Source: Antedon mediterranea (lineage: Eukaryota; Animalia; Echinodermata). From it: a stretch of DNA of 64,000 nucleotides. A program made the translations under genes and the position numbers. The notes below the pieces were generated by a model. The model searched no databases. It was not told the DNA's origin and worked only from the letters and a program-made list of their open reading frames with translations. Within the stretch, counting starts at the first letter, position 1, and each line of letters begins with the position of its first letter. Shown here piece by piece: positions 52,501-64,000 of this stretch. Location of the stretch: the NCBI RefSeq assembly GCF_964355755.1, contig NC_092680.1, positions 15,447,045 through 15,511,044 on the forward strand. Reading direction: 5' to 3'.

Positions 52501-53920
52501 TCTGCCTAGAAGCTTGTTCCGCAACAACGCAAGTGATTTGACCCATCACCGGCGATGGATTTAATTGTCATTAATCAACACGCTTTTGTTGTTTACATCC
52601 TTTCGTTGTGCCTAGTAGGTGTCTTAAACTTCGTTTCCATTCGGACGCAACGCGACGACGACATAGGCACAGTGCAAGTGTTCGGATGATTCATCACATT
52701 GTGATTGAACAACTTACTTGCGGCGCAGGTTAGTCATCTAAAAGCTTGGCAAACGTGTTGACCAATGACAAGCGACCGTTCGAATAATCCATTGGTTGTG
52801 ATTGGTCAACACACTTACGTTGCGTTACGTCCTTGTCTTGCGTCTCAAGTGGGAACCAAGCATTAGTGAAACCAAACTTTACCCCGAAAACAATATTTCA
52901 GTGCCCTTACGTCCGGAGAACCAGAGTTTACGGTTGTTACGTAACAATGCTTTATTTCTGTGTCGGCACGTGGACAAAAGTTCTGGGTAGATCAATTTAT
53001 CTCTGGTGAAGTGTTGAATAGTCACCATTCAATCGTATTTAAACAATATCATGAAAGACCCAGTGATCTACTGGCGAGAAGGCCTACATTTACATATCAA
53101 GCAGATGGTTCTGGGTTAGAATCTCTCGGTGGGGCAACTTTGTTTCATTCTCACAGATTTCCTCATTTTTATCTTTTCAATTAATTAATTCATTTTCAGT
53201 ATATAACCGGGCGATTTAAAGTGTATTATGTGCCCGTGATGTTTAGTTTTCAGTTAAACAAATTCCATATAATATATAAATAATGTATAATGTATGATAT
53301 ATCTATATAAATGTTTATCTGAAGGGCATTATCCGAAAACGGTATTGTTCCAGGGAAGAGTTACAATTTGACTACAATAACCGACGCTCTCCACGATGCC
53401 TTCAACGCTACATCTATTGTTTGTTGTTCAGTTGTAAGTACCGTATATGATTACATTAAATAAAAAGAAAGGAACGAGCGAAAAAAATACATATTCATGA
53501 CCAGCGTTTTTCTTTTTTAAGTAAACCTCTGATGCATTATGGTACATATTAACTTTGTTAAGTTGCGTAAAGCAGAGTTTAGTTTCAAATCTATGTCTAA
53601 CGCAGCAATACCTTCCACCATTAAATCACTCCATGGTATAGGCCTAGACCTACTGTTAGAACTCCACTCTATCACCTAGATTGATGATTATTGTATTATT
53701 GTATGTATATTTAGTAATTTATCTCTCTATGATATGAGCCTTCTTTTATGTGCAGGTTGGTGGACAGAATTACTTACACGAAATCCATTTGTGCATGACA
53801 ACAGACTTTACCTTGAAGGACTGTGATGTGAGCATGACAGGATGCAAAAAATATGAACCCATAAGCTATCCAAGTTTCAAATCTTCATTTATTTCTGAGT
53901 TAAGCTTAGAATTACCTTAA
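49565..53920 (+). CDS. RNASET2: Ribonuclease T2 family, secreted or lysosomal, 8 exons, ~243 aa
   Basis: Exons 49565-49659 (signal peptide), 50027-50087 (FSQLWPPTFC), 50178-50224 (CAS I WTIHGLW), 50472-50541, 51841-51908, 52217-52333 (CAS II QNEWCKHGSC), 53325-53433 and 53756-53920 (LHEIHLC..C..C..YP). Total 732 nt, in frame. Confidence 0.92.
51261..51312 (+). ncRNA. Minimal hammerhead ribozyme in intron 4 of the intact RNase T2
   Basis: Same as 43714-43765 except that the stem II loop is ACT. Confidence 0.75.
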
Positions 53921-54299
53921 TAGGCCTATATTGTTTTTCAACAGTAAAAATAAATAAATAGTTAAAGTTATATAGATATCATTTTTCTTTCAACTTTCAG
54001 TTTTTTTTTACTTCTTGTTTACACGGAAAAAAAGAAGGTTGATCAAGAATATAAAGTATTCGTTGTTTTCTTAATCTATCTCATGATAAGTATGCATAGG
54101 CCTAATAAAAGTTAAACAATTATGACAAATTATGGAGAATGTTTTTTTTTTCACTATGAAAATGAAAATATCAGATTTAAATAGAGTCAAAACAGGCAAA
54201 ATGTTTCAAGCAATTATGATTATTGGAATAAATGTGTTTAAGCAGCATAGAAACATTGTCTTTTCTTTAATATTATTATATGTACCGCCATCCATTTTG

Positions 54300-54798
54300 C
54301 ACGGTTTATATAATACCTATTAACTTATTGATAATATTAATAATTACTTCCATATCGATAATGCAACGTATAATTAACCTTATTCAGATAATATGTAGGA
54401 ATTATTTTCTATTTTCATCTATCAGGATTTAAAATTCGTTTACACCAACCATATTTTAGTTCCAAAGTCGGGAATTTTGATTCCATCTTTTAAAAGGTTA
54501 CCTATCAGTGTATTTCTTTTAATGGTTTATTTTTCCCACTCTACAGGAAGTTAACTTTTGATACATTCTCTGATTTTATTTGTAATAGAAGCATGTCAAC
54601 TTTGAAAGTACCAGTGACTGTTACTTTACCAAAGTTTCGATTATTCAATACATTGCATTTCTTTTTCTGTTACGCCCAAACCAAATTGCAGGTTTGAAAT
54701 TTTACAAAAAGTAATAACAATTTCTAAACCTTTATATACATTATGACCATTGTCTGCAAAAATTACCGTATCGTCAGCAAGCTGCGATATCCTTACAT
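54300..54798 (-). mobile_element. Decayed LINE RT fragment (L1/Tx1-like)
   Basis: RISQLADDTVIF...FCKISNL, the RT catalytic-motif region, followed by stops. Left boundary approximate. Confidence 0.55.
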
Positions 54799-54799
54799 G

Positions 54800-55095
54800 C
54801 GAGTGAGTGGCCAAGAGTGTAACCGTTATACTTAGCCATAACATCGGCAAGGGTTCGATGCTCACTCCCTTCATGGTTTTGGTTGTAGAACGAGTCTTCT
54901 CGGACTATAAACCGTAGGTCCAGTGTACAAATCTGGCTCATGTGCAAGAACGTAGTACATCTTTCGAGAAGAGTAGGGCGTTCCCCCGATGTACTAGTTC
55001 ACACACAGCCACTGCCACAAACTCATCATAGTATACATACACTGAGCACTCTGTGTGGCTACCCAGTATAAAGATTTACTGTTAATAATAACATA
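54800..55095 (+). mobile_element. tRNA-derived SINE with a Deu/Nin-like central domain (related copy at ~63575-63850)
   Basis: A box TGGCCAAGAG, B box GGTTCGATGC, then GGACTATAAACCGTAGGTCC...GAGTAGGG, which is shared with 63629-63712. Confidence 0.65.
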
Positions 55096-55371
55096 CATCT
55101 TCAATATTGTTATTTACAGAAGGTAGTAAAATACCAGAGTGGTATTGCAAGGATTTTTAACAACAACAGAACAGAACAATAATCTGTTAAGATATGCCTA
55201 CACGGCCACAATGTCATTTTACTTTTCATTATGTAATTTTCCCATGCTGCTCTCCTTCTTATTTCGCTGAAGTTATGATTTTCTGTTAATTGCTTGCCAC
55301 GAATATTATGTCAATAAACAGATTAGGTAGCACAATCATAACATTCTTCATCTCCTGTGATTGTGATCAAA

Positions 55372-55615
55372 TAAAATATCAATTAAAATAAATATGAATA
55401 TTTAGTGATTTAATAAAATGATGTTTGTGAACTGTGTTATGTAAATAGGCCTACACCGAGCTCACAACATTAGAGATCAAATTCCAAAAGATTACATAGA
55501 CAGATATAAATATAGTGTAGACATAGCTTAACGCAATGTATTTGCATAACACAGTTCACAAACATCGTTTATTAAATCACTAAATATTCATATTTATTTT
55601 GACAATTATATTTTA
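55372..55615. mobile_element. Foldback MITE with ~70-bp TIRs
   Basis: AAAATAAATATGAATATTTAGTGATTTAATAAA..TTTGTGAACTGTGTTATG, with its reverse complement at 55538-55610. Confidence 0.7.
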
Positions 55616-55801
55616 CTATTCTATTAATTACTGTGTTGTAATTTGTAAATTTTGCTCGTTTCCTTTCTCTATATCATATTGATATGCTTTACACAGTAAA
55701 TAATTGGAAACGTATAGGCCTAAGGAAATGTTAACATTAATTTTAACACCAAACTTTCTTGGAAAGAATTAATATGTAGCATAAATATAAATGGTAACAC
55801 A

Positions 55802-56119
55802 ATGTATGTTAAGGCACGAGATAAAATGGCAAACGAAAATTGTTTAGTTTGTTACGATCAGCTTCTGACTGATCGATGGAAATGTGACCAATGTACGTTA
55901 GAAGCTCATATGACCTGCATTGTGCGATGGTGTAACACCTCGCAAACGTGCCCTCAATGTAGGTTATCAATCACTACTACTCCTTCTACCCCTACCACTC
56001 CTTCTACCCCTACCACTCCTTCTACCCCTACCACTCCTTCACGCTCATGGGGAGACGAAGAGATCTTGTTTGCAGAATCTAACAGAAGTTGGATCCGAAC
56101 ATTTGATTTCTATGTTTAA
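55802..56119 (+). CDS. Small intronless C4HC3 RING-variant protein with a (TPSTPT)n linker
   Basis: CLVC-x10-CDQC-x4-HMTCIVRW-x6-CPQCR, an 18-bp tandem repeat encoding TTPSTP, and a TATA-like TATAAA ~15 bp before the first ATG. Expression unknown; the start may be at 55826. Confidence 0.6.
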   Translation: MYVKARDKMANENCLVCYDQLLTDRWKCDQCTLEAHMTCIVRWCNTSQTCPQCRLSITTTPSTPTTPSTPTTPSTPTTPSRSWGDEEILFAESNRSWIRTFDFYV

Positions 56120-57640
56120 GCGCTATGAAAATAATACAACCCCGTATTCTTTTTTCAAATTTTCTTATAGGCCTAAGTTGTTGTTATTCTTTTCAAATAA
56201 CATTCCCGTCTATTACTACAACTACATACTCTCATCAGGTTAGCTATATAGTTGTTTTAGGATTATACGGTGAGCCTCTCTGCTGAACGATTTCATGGAT
56301 ATGGAATATGCCTAGGCCAAATGCTTTTTGATTTGGTAGAGCGAAAGTATTGTGAAATAATTCAAAGATTCTGTATTACAAAAAGGATTATACAAAAACT
56401 TTCCGGAATACCGCTTGTGCTACTCTTTATTTTGAACTTACTGATTTGCAATGGCTTACAATAACGTTAATCGGGTATCTAAGGCCTATGTCTACTAATA
56501 TAATAGTATTTTTGTGTGTAAAATTGATTGTTTTTAAAAGAAAATAACTCAAAAAATATAATTGTGAATTTCCTATATAAATAGTATAATTCGTATAATA
56601 CCTGTTAGCACCAATTAAAAAAAAATGCTTATCTCATGACAGACGGTCGTTTTGTGCTGACGAAAAATAAGTGTGTTTATTATTGTTGGTTGCCAAATAA
56701 AAGGTTTATGCTTAGCCTACATTGTATTGTATGGCTACACTGTATTTTTTTCGCGCCGCGGCTCTAGCCAGCTATGTCCCAGGAGGACACATTAATTAAT
56801 AAGCTGTTTCATAGCGGTAGCTTTAGTATCTAAGGCTGACAGGTTTGGGAATTTGGAAACTCGACTATAATTTATAGGTAGCTGCTGGACCCAAAAAACG
56901 TCTATGGGGGAAGAGAGTCTATATGAAAGCCTTTGCTGATAATACAGTATTATTGAGATGTAGACGGAAATCTGTAAAATCTTGTTCAATAAATAATAAC
57001 TTCGTTTTTGCTGTCAACCAGGCCGGTATTATAATAAGTCACTGTCAAATAATCATTCGATAATGGTCAAAACTTTATTTTGGCTCTGTCAACATAAAGG
57101 GAGGTATTTACAATAACTTTCTTTTGACTGTCAATCTAGGCCAATGTTATAATAATACGCCGTCAGATATTAAATCATTGAAACAGTCCTGGTAAATTGT
57201 TTGTTGGTTATCAGATGCCGTGGGGGGTCCAATCAATTATCGTCAGAAGGTGAACAATCAGTCTAGGTAGCAGCAGCAGATTATTAGGAACGCCTGCTCC
57301 ATTAATTAATCCAGAAAAAGGTTTGTACATTATCTATTTGTTTATTAGCCTTCTCCTAACACAATTATATTTTCTTTAAAAAAAGGTTTTATAAGTGGTT
57401 TCAACATTTATGATAGTAATGTCACAGTTCTGTGTCTGGACGCAACTTCATAGACCTACTAGTTATATTATTCATATTAACTGATACTTACTCTTCATTT
57501 ACCGTAAAGTTCAGTTTTAATGAAATAGGCCTATATAATATAAATTGGCTTCGTAACAATTAGTGTTGAAAAGGTTAGTTTTTTGGTGATAGGTGAAAAT
57601 GACATGTAACTTCGTAATCAATTTATTTTTTTTTGTATAA

Positions 57641-58001
57641 AGGCCCAATTACCCTATGACGATAACGACGGATGATAAATATATAGCATGCATTTTTTTT
57701 ACATAAACCAAAAGAAATTAGAAAGGTTTTCGTTCTAGACCTATAGGATAATCATTTATGCTGCCTTTGATAAAAATAATGTTTTTCAAATTCCAATCAA
57801 ATGATGTCATGATAAATAAAAACAATAAAATCGCTGTATTGTCACGATATTATTGGTCTTACTAATCATGACGTCATTTGATTGGACGTGTGAAAATATA
57901 ATTTTCATCAAAGGAATTGTTTATATTTCTTTTGGTTTATGTATTAAAAATGCACATTTGTCTATTTATCGTCGATCGTTATCGTCCTAGTGTATGGGCC
58001 T
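57641..58001. mobile_element. PIF/Harbinger-like MITE
   Basis: TIRs AGGCCCA.T.AC.CTA.GACGATAACGA / TCGTTATCGTCCTAGTGTATGGGCCT with TAA/TA flanks. Confidence 0.7.
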
Positions 58002-58194
58002 TATGCTGTAAATGTTCAATTAATTGATCATTCCGTTTTCATTTTATTAGTTGGACTCTTGCACAGTTGCTGCCTAATCGTTGTTGTGTAATATCATTTC
58101 GAACCATATTAAAATCATAAAGAGATTCATATTCCTTAACATGTGGCTGTTATTATACAATTGAAAGCAAAACCCGTTGAATCTCAAATCATTA

Positions 58195-59285
58195 GGACTA
58201 GAAATTTGGCTTATCAATCAAATAAATACTTTCGTTCAAAATGAAACTCCAACCTCTCTAAAAGATTGAACTCGAAAACGGACCGTTTTTTTTAATTGGG
58301 TATGTTGAAACATTTCAATATTCATTTAAAAAAGTACATTAATTGTGGTATTGATCAGTGGCTATAGAGGCGTAAAAACCCTCGGTCAATATCATGTAAA
58401 ATGCACTGTGGAAGGGTTATTATTAAGACTGCAAAATTGGGCTTATCAACAAATAAATACTTTCATTCAAAATGTAAAATCAAGGCTGAAAAATTGGGCT
58501 TATCAACAAAATATTTTATTATTAGACGCGATAACATCAAGGATAATCAGTATAATTATTAATATAGCCACTGTTACTAGTTTTATTCTACATGCTAAAG
58601 TAAATAAAAATCCACTAGAAAACAAACAAGTCTGAATGTTATGCTTATTAGCCATGTTATGTTTGTTACTGTAGGCCTATGATTGTTTGCAATGTCCACA
58701 TATTATTTCCGTGGGCATATCCATAGTGTATCACTCACAAAAAAGACGTGTGAGGTTCTTTTTCTTTAGATTTTGAAGAATGATTTGTGTTACAGGTTGA
58801 CACATGAGTCAAATGCTCAAGATATCAGCTAACGCCATGGAACCCTTGGCTTATCAATGAATAATAAATACAGTACTACTTTCGTTCAATTGAAATCGGA
58901 ATCTGACCGTTTCATTAAATTGGGTGTGATTAGGCCTAAACATATAATAATTTATTAAAAAGGTACAATAAAAACAAATGCATCAGAGGCGTAAAGAACC
59001 CACGGTCAATATCATGTAAAATATATATGGTATAAGCACTGTGGAAGGGGTCATTATTATTAAACTGGAAATTCGGCTTATCAACAAATAAATACTTTCG
59101 TTTAAAATGTAAAATAAGACTGCAAAATTGGGCTTATCAACAAATAAATACTTTTGTTCAAAATGTAAAATAAGACTGCATAATTGGGCTTATCAACAAA
59201 TAAAATATTTTTTTTCAAAATGTAAAATTAAGACTGGAAAATTGGGCTTATAAACAAATAAATACTTTTTTTCAAAATGTAAGAA
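58195..59285. repeat. ~56-bp minisatellite inside a ~600-bp degenerate duplication
   Basis: AAGACTGCAAAATTGGGCTTATCAACAAATAAATACTTT..TTCAAAATGTAAAAT repeated at 58195, 58426, 58482 and 59062-59285. Confidence 0.8.
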
Positions 59286-60084
59286 AACATTTTTTAAATA
59301 TAATCCTTAAGCTCTGTCTATACTATCAAACTAAATATGATGTGCCCATATTATATAGACATGACGATGTCCACTACGATATTCGGGCATATCACTTACC
59401 ATATTTGGGCACATCACACTTTTTTTTTAAAACTAGTTGGGACAGTGTAGACACAGAACTATGTGATCGAAACATAAGTCGGAATTGGACTGACGCGATT
59501 GATTTAATTGGGTATTTTTATTAATGTAATGATTCATTAAAAACTATAATACCGATACGCGTTTGGTATTGATCAATGGTGCAAAAAACCCTGAGAAATA
59601 ATGGTATAACGCGATTTGGTGATAGCTTATCAATAATACAACCCATGATACTATTATTATAAATACCTATTACAAATCCATTCATATAACTTTTCATCGC
59701 GAACCGAAAATGTATAAATGTTATTCTACAGACAGTAATTATATATTCAAAAGCCATATTATTATTATTATCAATACCTAAATGCGATAGTAATAACCAC
59801 ATAAACATAAATTATACCCAATACAAGTTTGTGCGTTTAATTCTAGAAAGAAACGACTGTGCTGACAGGCCAATGACATAAATCACAAGTAAAGTCCCAA
59901 TTGTTCACTTGCGTTTTGATTGGCCGACCTATTATATTAGATTAATGAAGACTGTCCAGTCAAAAAGTTACGCGGCGTTTTTTGTAAGAAATATTTCTTG
60001 TTTTATCAAAGAATCCAATCATATTTAGCGCCATCACACGCCAAAATCGTATTACTGGTATTTCCATTTGTGAATTTGCGAAAC

Positions 60085-63000
60085 ATGGCGCTGGCTGCAG
60101 GAGGTCTGTTGACAGTTCCTACGTTAAAAGGGTTTGTTTTAACTGACAAGTTGGGAAGTGGCACATATGCAACGGTTTATAAAGGTTTTAGAAAGGTGAT
60201 TCATTATAAATTATTGTTTTCATGCATATTCATTGCAGATTGTAGGTATATGCCTTGGATATATGTACAGTCATTGCCAGTGGCACTTCACAGGCCCACC
60301 AGCCAGAGTGCACATTTTCACTCATTATTTCCATCAGCTCGCTCGGCTCCGCCAGACAGATTTCATAGCTGGGCCAAGGCAAGCTAGCCAAAAAATGTAA
60401 AGCTGCCATAGCCTTTCTTTGTCCTTGTGATGATACTGGATAGAAACATAAAACATATAGGCCTAGGCCTACTACTAGGCTAGGGCCTAAAATGTAGGCC
60501 AAGCAAGGGCCTACTACTATACTATAAAGTGAGGGGTCCTACTAAACACCACCAGATACCTACTAGGGGCCTAGGCCTAGAGCGATAAATCCTACCACCA
60601 GAGAGCAACCACCTGTTTGGAATTGATTATTAAGGGTATATTGCAAATTTCAAAGCTTAAGTCTTTCAGAAACTGATAAAATTGAAGTTTAAAGTTGAAT
60701 TTCTCGCCGTCGTATTCCAGAACCGAATGCGTTTGATAAACATTATAGCAACGAAACGAACGCATTCATCCGTGTCTCTTGTGACGTGTATTGTATTCAA
60801 CGGTCAACTATGAGGCGCTACCGATGAATTTATTTGGTCAATTAAAATCAGAAATTCGTTTCTGTACACTATAACATTTATTAAAAATAAATAAAACTTA
60901 ATGCCAACTACATTTTGTCAGTGATGGTAATGCACTTGTCAATTGTATGACCCACTATACGACCCCCGGGAGAGGTGCGTCATTTGTCCGATGTGCGTCA
61001 TACTTTTGAATACCATGACGCACCCGTGCATCAAAAAGGTGACTTACCTTTAGGTGACCATGACGCACCCATTTTGACGCACTGTGACCATGTTGTTTAT
61101 GATATGGTGGGTGGTAAAGTGACGGACATTGACACACCTTGTTTATTGATGTGACGTACCATCTAGGTTTTTTGACGCACCCCTGTGTCAGTAATTATTT
61201 GTAAATGACGCACCTCTCCCGGGGGTCGTATAGTGGGTCATACAATTGACAAGTGCATAATCGTATGTTAAAATAGAGTAAACTCATTATAGAATAGGAA
61301 TGTGGAAAGAGAAAATAAAACAGAAGTTTTAACTTGATATTACCGTGTATTTTATGTCTAAAGAAATATCTGGCCACTGCACTATATGTCAGAGTGGTGA
61401 AATAGAAAATATACAACATTTTTTATTTAATTGCCAAGCTCTTAATGCCATAAGAGAGATTGAATTTATAATAATATAATAACCATTCCTACAGCACCCA
61501 GAGTATACGAAAATGATGACAAAGGGAAATAATTAAAATTAATGTGCAAAAAAAATGTTATCGTATGGTATGCTATTTGTTATGTTATCGTTACCGATTT
61601 TGACATACAAAACATGATAAAAACATAATGATAAAAACATAATGTCAAAAGAAAGACTAATCGCGCAATCGATTGGTGTAATTTATGTGACTGACTAAAG
61701 TAACAAAAAAGCATCGGTAGCGCCTCATAGTTGACTGTTGAATACAATACACAAGAGACACGGATGAATGCGTTCGTTTCGTTGCTATAATGTTTATCAA
61801 ACGCATTCGGTTCTGGAATACGACGGCGAGAAATTCAACTTTAAACTTCAATTTTATCAGTTTCTGAAAGAATTAAGCTTTGAAATTTGCAATATACCCT
61901 TAATAATAAATTCCAAACAGGTGGCTGCTCTCTGGTGGTAGGATTTATTGCTCTAGTTGGTATCTGGTGGTGTTTAGTAGGACCGTAAAGTGAGTCCTCC
62001 TGGTGTCGAACCTACGTCATTATGACAGGTTTGGCCACCGCGCACCGACAAGTTGAACCGCCGGTCAAACAATCGTTTTCGGCGGTTGTTTAGACCATAT
62101 ATTTTGGAAACTATGAGTCAGATTTTTTAAATTTATTTCTTTAATTGCAATATTTATAATATTAATAGACTAAAAAAACCGTGATATTAACTTTTAAATA
62201 TATAGGTACATCGATATATCCTATGAATAGAATTTTCTATTAAAAAGAAACTAGCCTAGCATCGGCGAAAGATAGCAGTTGGCATTTCATAGAAAGTAAT
62301 GTTTTCCTGGGCGACGGCTCAACTTGGCCTAATCCGAACCCACTACCACCCAATCCCTGAACCATGACGTACCAATATCTATGCCAACCAGCCAATCAAC
62401 CTAGCCTGCTCTGCTGGTAATACCTATGCACTTTTCAATTGCATGACCAAATACAACCCCCGGGAGAGGTGCCTCATTAGTCCGATGTGCGTCATACCTT
62501 TGAATGCCATGACGCAACTGTGTATGAAAATGTGACCTACCTTTAGGTGACCATGACACACCCATTTTGACGCACTGTGACCATGTTTTTAATGATATTT
62601 TTAGTGGTAAAGTGACGCACCATCAATTATTGATGTGACATACTTTCTACTAGGTTTTATTACATCAGGAATTTTTTTTTAAAGGGAACACCCATGACGC
62701 AGTTCTTCCGGGAGTCGTATAGTGGGTCATACAATTGACAAGGTTACTAAAATAGATTATAAATTACATAATCATTAATATAGGCCTATATTTACTTTTC
62801 CAGGTGGCACACAGAGAAGTCGTAGCAGTAAAATGTGTCCTAAAAAAGAGCCTGTCCAAGTCCTCTACAGAAAACTTGTTAACAGAGATTGAAATATTAA
62901 AGAAAGTAAAGCATGACCACATTGTAAACTTAATTGACTTTCAGGTGAGAATTAAACATATCATTTTATATATTTCTACAAAAAAATAATTTTTACTAGA

Positions 63001-64000
63001 GGCACACTATATTCCAGAGGCAACATTAACAACCACCATTTTCGGTCATAAATCTACTGTGTGTGGTATTGCCCAGTATTGTTTTATGATATAAAATGAT
63101 ATCAAGCACATGTAATTAACATGCTCTATAGTAATAATTTTAACTTACAGTATCATTATATTTTTCCAGAGGCAAGTTAAACTATTGTTTATTTATTTAT
63201 TTAAAAACATATTTATACATAGGATTTAAACCTACCGGGTGCAGATATGCACCTGTTACATATGGTCCTGTTTTTAAGGAGCAAAAATGTTGTTTTCATT
63301 CTCCATAACAGTTTCAAAATAAACCTGATCAGTATTTTGACTTAATTTTTTGATTTAAAAATTCACAAAACGACATACAATTAAATATTTAGAAAATAAC
63401 ATTTAATGTGATGTTAGGATGTACTTGATAACATTTTATAAAACCCTACCCGTCCGGTCCCCGACATGCGATACTGGGCGTAGATTAGTATACAAATGAA
63501 TAAGTTATATGGCGGAGAAATTAAGGCAGGGGCCGCTGTTTACTGTACCTAAAAAGCTCATAATATTAGCTGATTTCGACACTGCCTCACTCCTAGTTTT
63601 GGTTGTGGAACAAGTATTCCCTGATAAGGACTATAAACCGTAGGTCCGGTGTACACAGTTAAACATGTGTGCACTTTAAAGAACCCAGTTCATCATTCGG
63701 GATGAGTAGGGGCTTAGTTCACAAAATAGCCCTTGTATCAGGGGGATTACCACACTATCTGATAAGAATTCACTATTGATAACCCTTGCCTACATTTGCT
63801 TTAAGTCATAAATTTAATAAAACAAATAAAATTAAATTAATAAAAATAAATACTTTTTTTATCAGGGATTGTAATTAGTAAATTTAATTCGACCTCTTAA
63901 TAATAAAACATTACTATACTTCACTGGACTTACAACATACTAAAACATATTGCAACCATTGGGAACTTGTTGTCTTTATAAGCTTACTTTTCTTTCCAGT
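60085..64000 (+). CDS. ULK3: ULK3 Ser/Thr kinase, 5' part (runs off the window)
   Basis: Exon 60085-60195 ([22 protein letters not shown]) and exon 62804-62944 ([33 protein letters not shown]). The next acceptor, TTCCAG, ends at 63999. Motifs and intron positions match ULK3. Confidence 0.9.
60534..61985. mobile_element. Non-autonomous Mutator (MULE)-like foldback element in ULK3 intron 1
   Basis: ~290-bp TIRs (60534-60826 and 61712-61985) and an exact 9-bp TSD, TAAAGTGAG, at 60525 and 61986. Confidence 0.88.
60931..61257. mobile_element. MITE nested in the MULE (older copy at ~62427-62742)
   Basis: ~55-bp perfect TIRs TGCACTTGTCAATTGTATGACCCACTATACGACCCCCGGGAGAGGTGCGTCATT with TAA TSD. Confidence 0.85.

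Noticed and set aside
56630-57250. Cluster of CTGTCA/TGACAG motifs suggesting DNA transposon subterminal repeats
   Set aside because: No TIR pair or TSD could be defined by eye.
60455-60580. Dense TAGGCCTA palindromes
   Set aside because: This low-complexity motif is scattered throughout the window and no specific structure is supported.

Overview
AT-rich, intron-rich animal DNA. A marine invertebrate is likely, possibly an echinoderm (inference only). Genes, assembled by hand from GT-AG exons: a complete 16-coding-exon TBK1/IKKepsilon-family kinase (+, 843-12843); two paralogous BRICHOS-domain type II membrane precursors (-, 33603-35303 and 45506-46998), each ending in an RNKR furin site and a short Cys-rich peptide; a truncated RNase T2 copy lacking its catalytic His (+, 41619-44360) and an intact RNase T2 (+, 49565-53920); a small intronless C4HC3 RING ORF; and the first exons of ULK3. 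BRICHOS and RNase T2 form a head-to-head cassette that is tandemly duplicated, with a third, gene-less relic near 14.1-15.5 kb. The 15.9-kb repeat at 16278-32153 is not a simple satellite. It holds ten ~1.55-kb non-autonomous Helentron/Helitron-like elements whose 10 heads and 10 tails parse as balanced, nested self-insertions. The window also has minimal hammerhead ribozymes in RNase T2 intron 4, a canonical Helitron, MITEs, a MULE foldback, SINEs and LINE fragments. The best candidates for undescribed biology are the BRICHOS-released peptides with protegrin-type Cys spacing in a TBK1/RNase T2 neighbourhood, and the self-nesting Helentron array.
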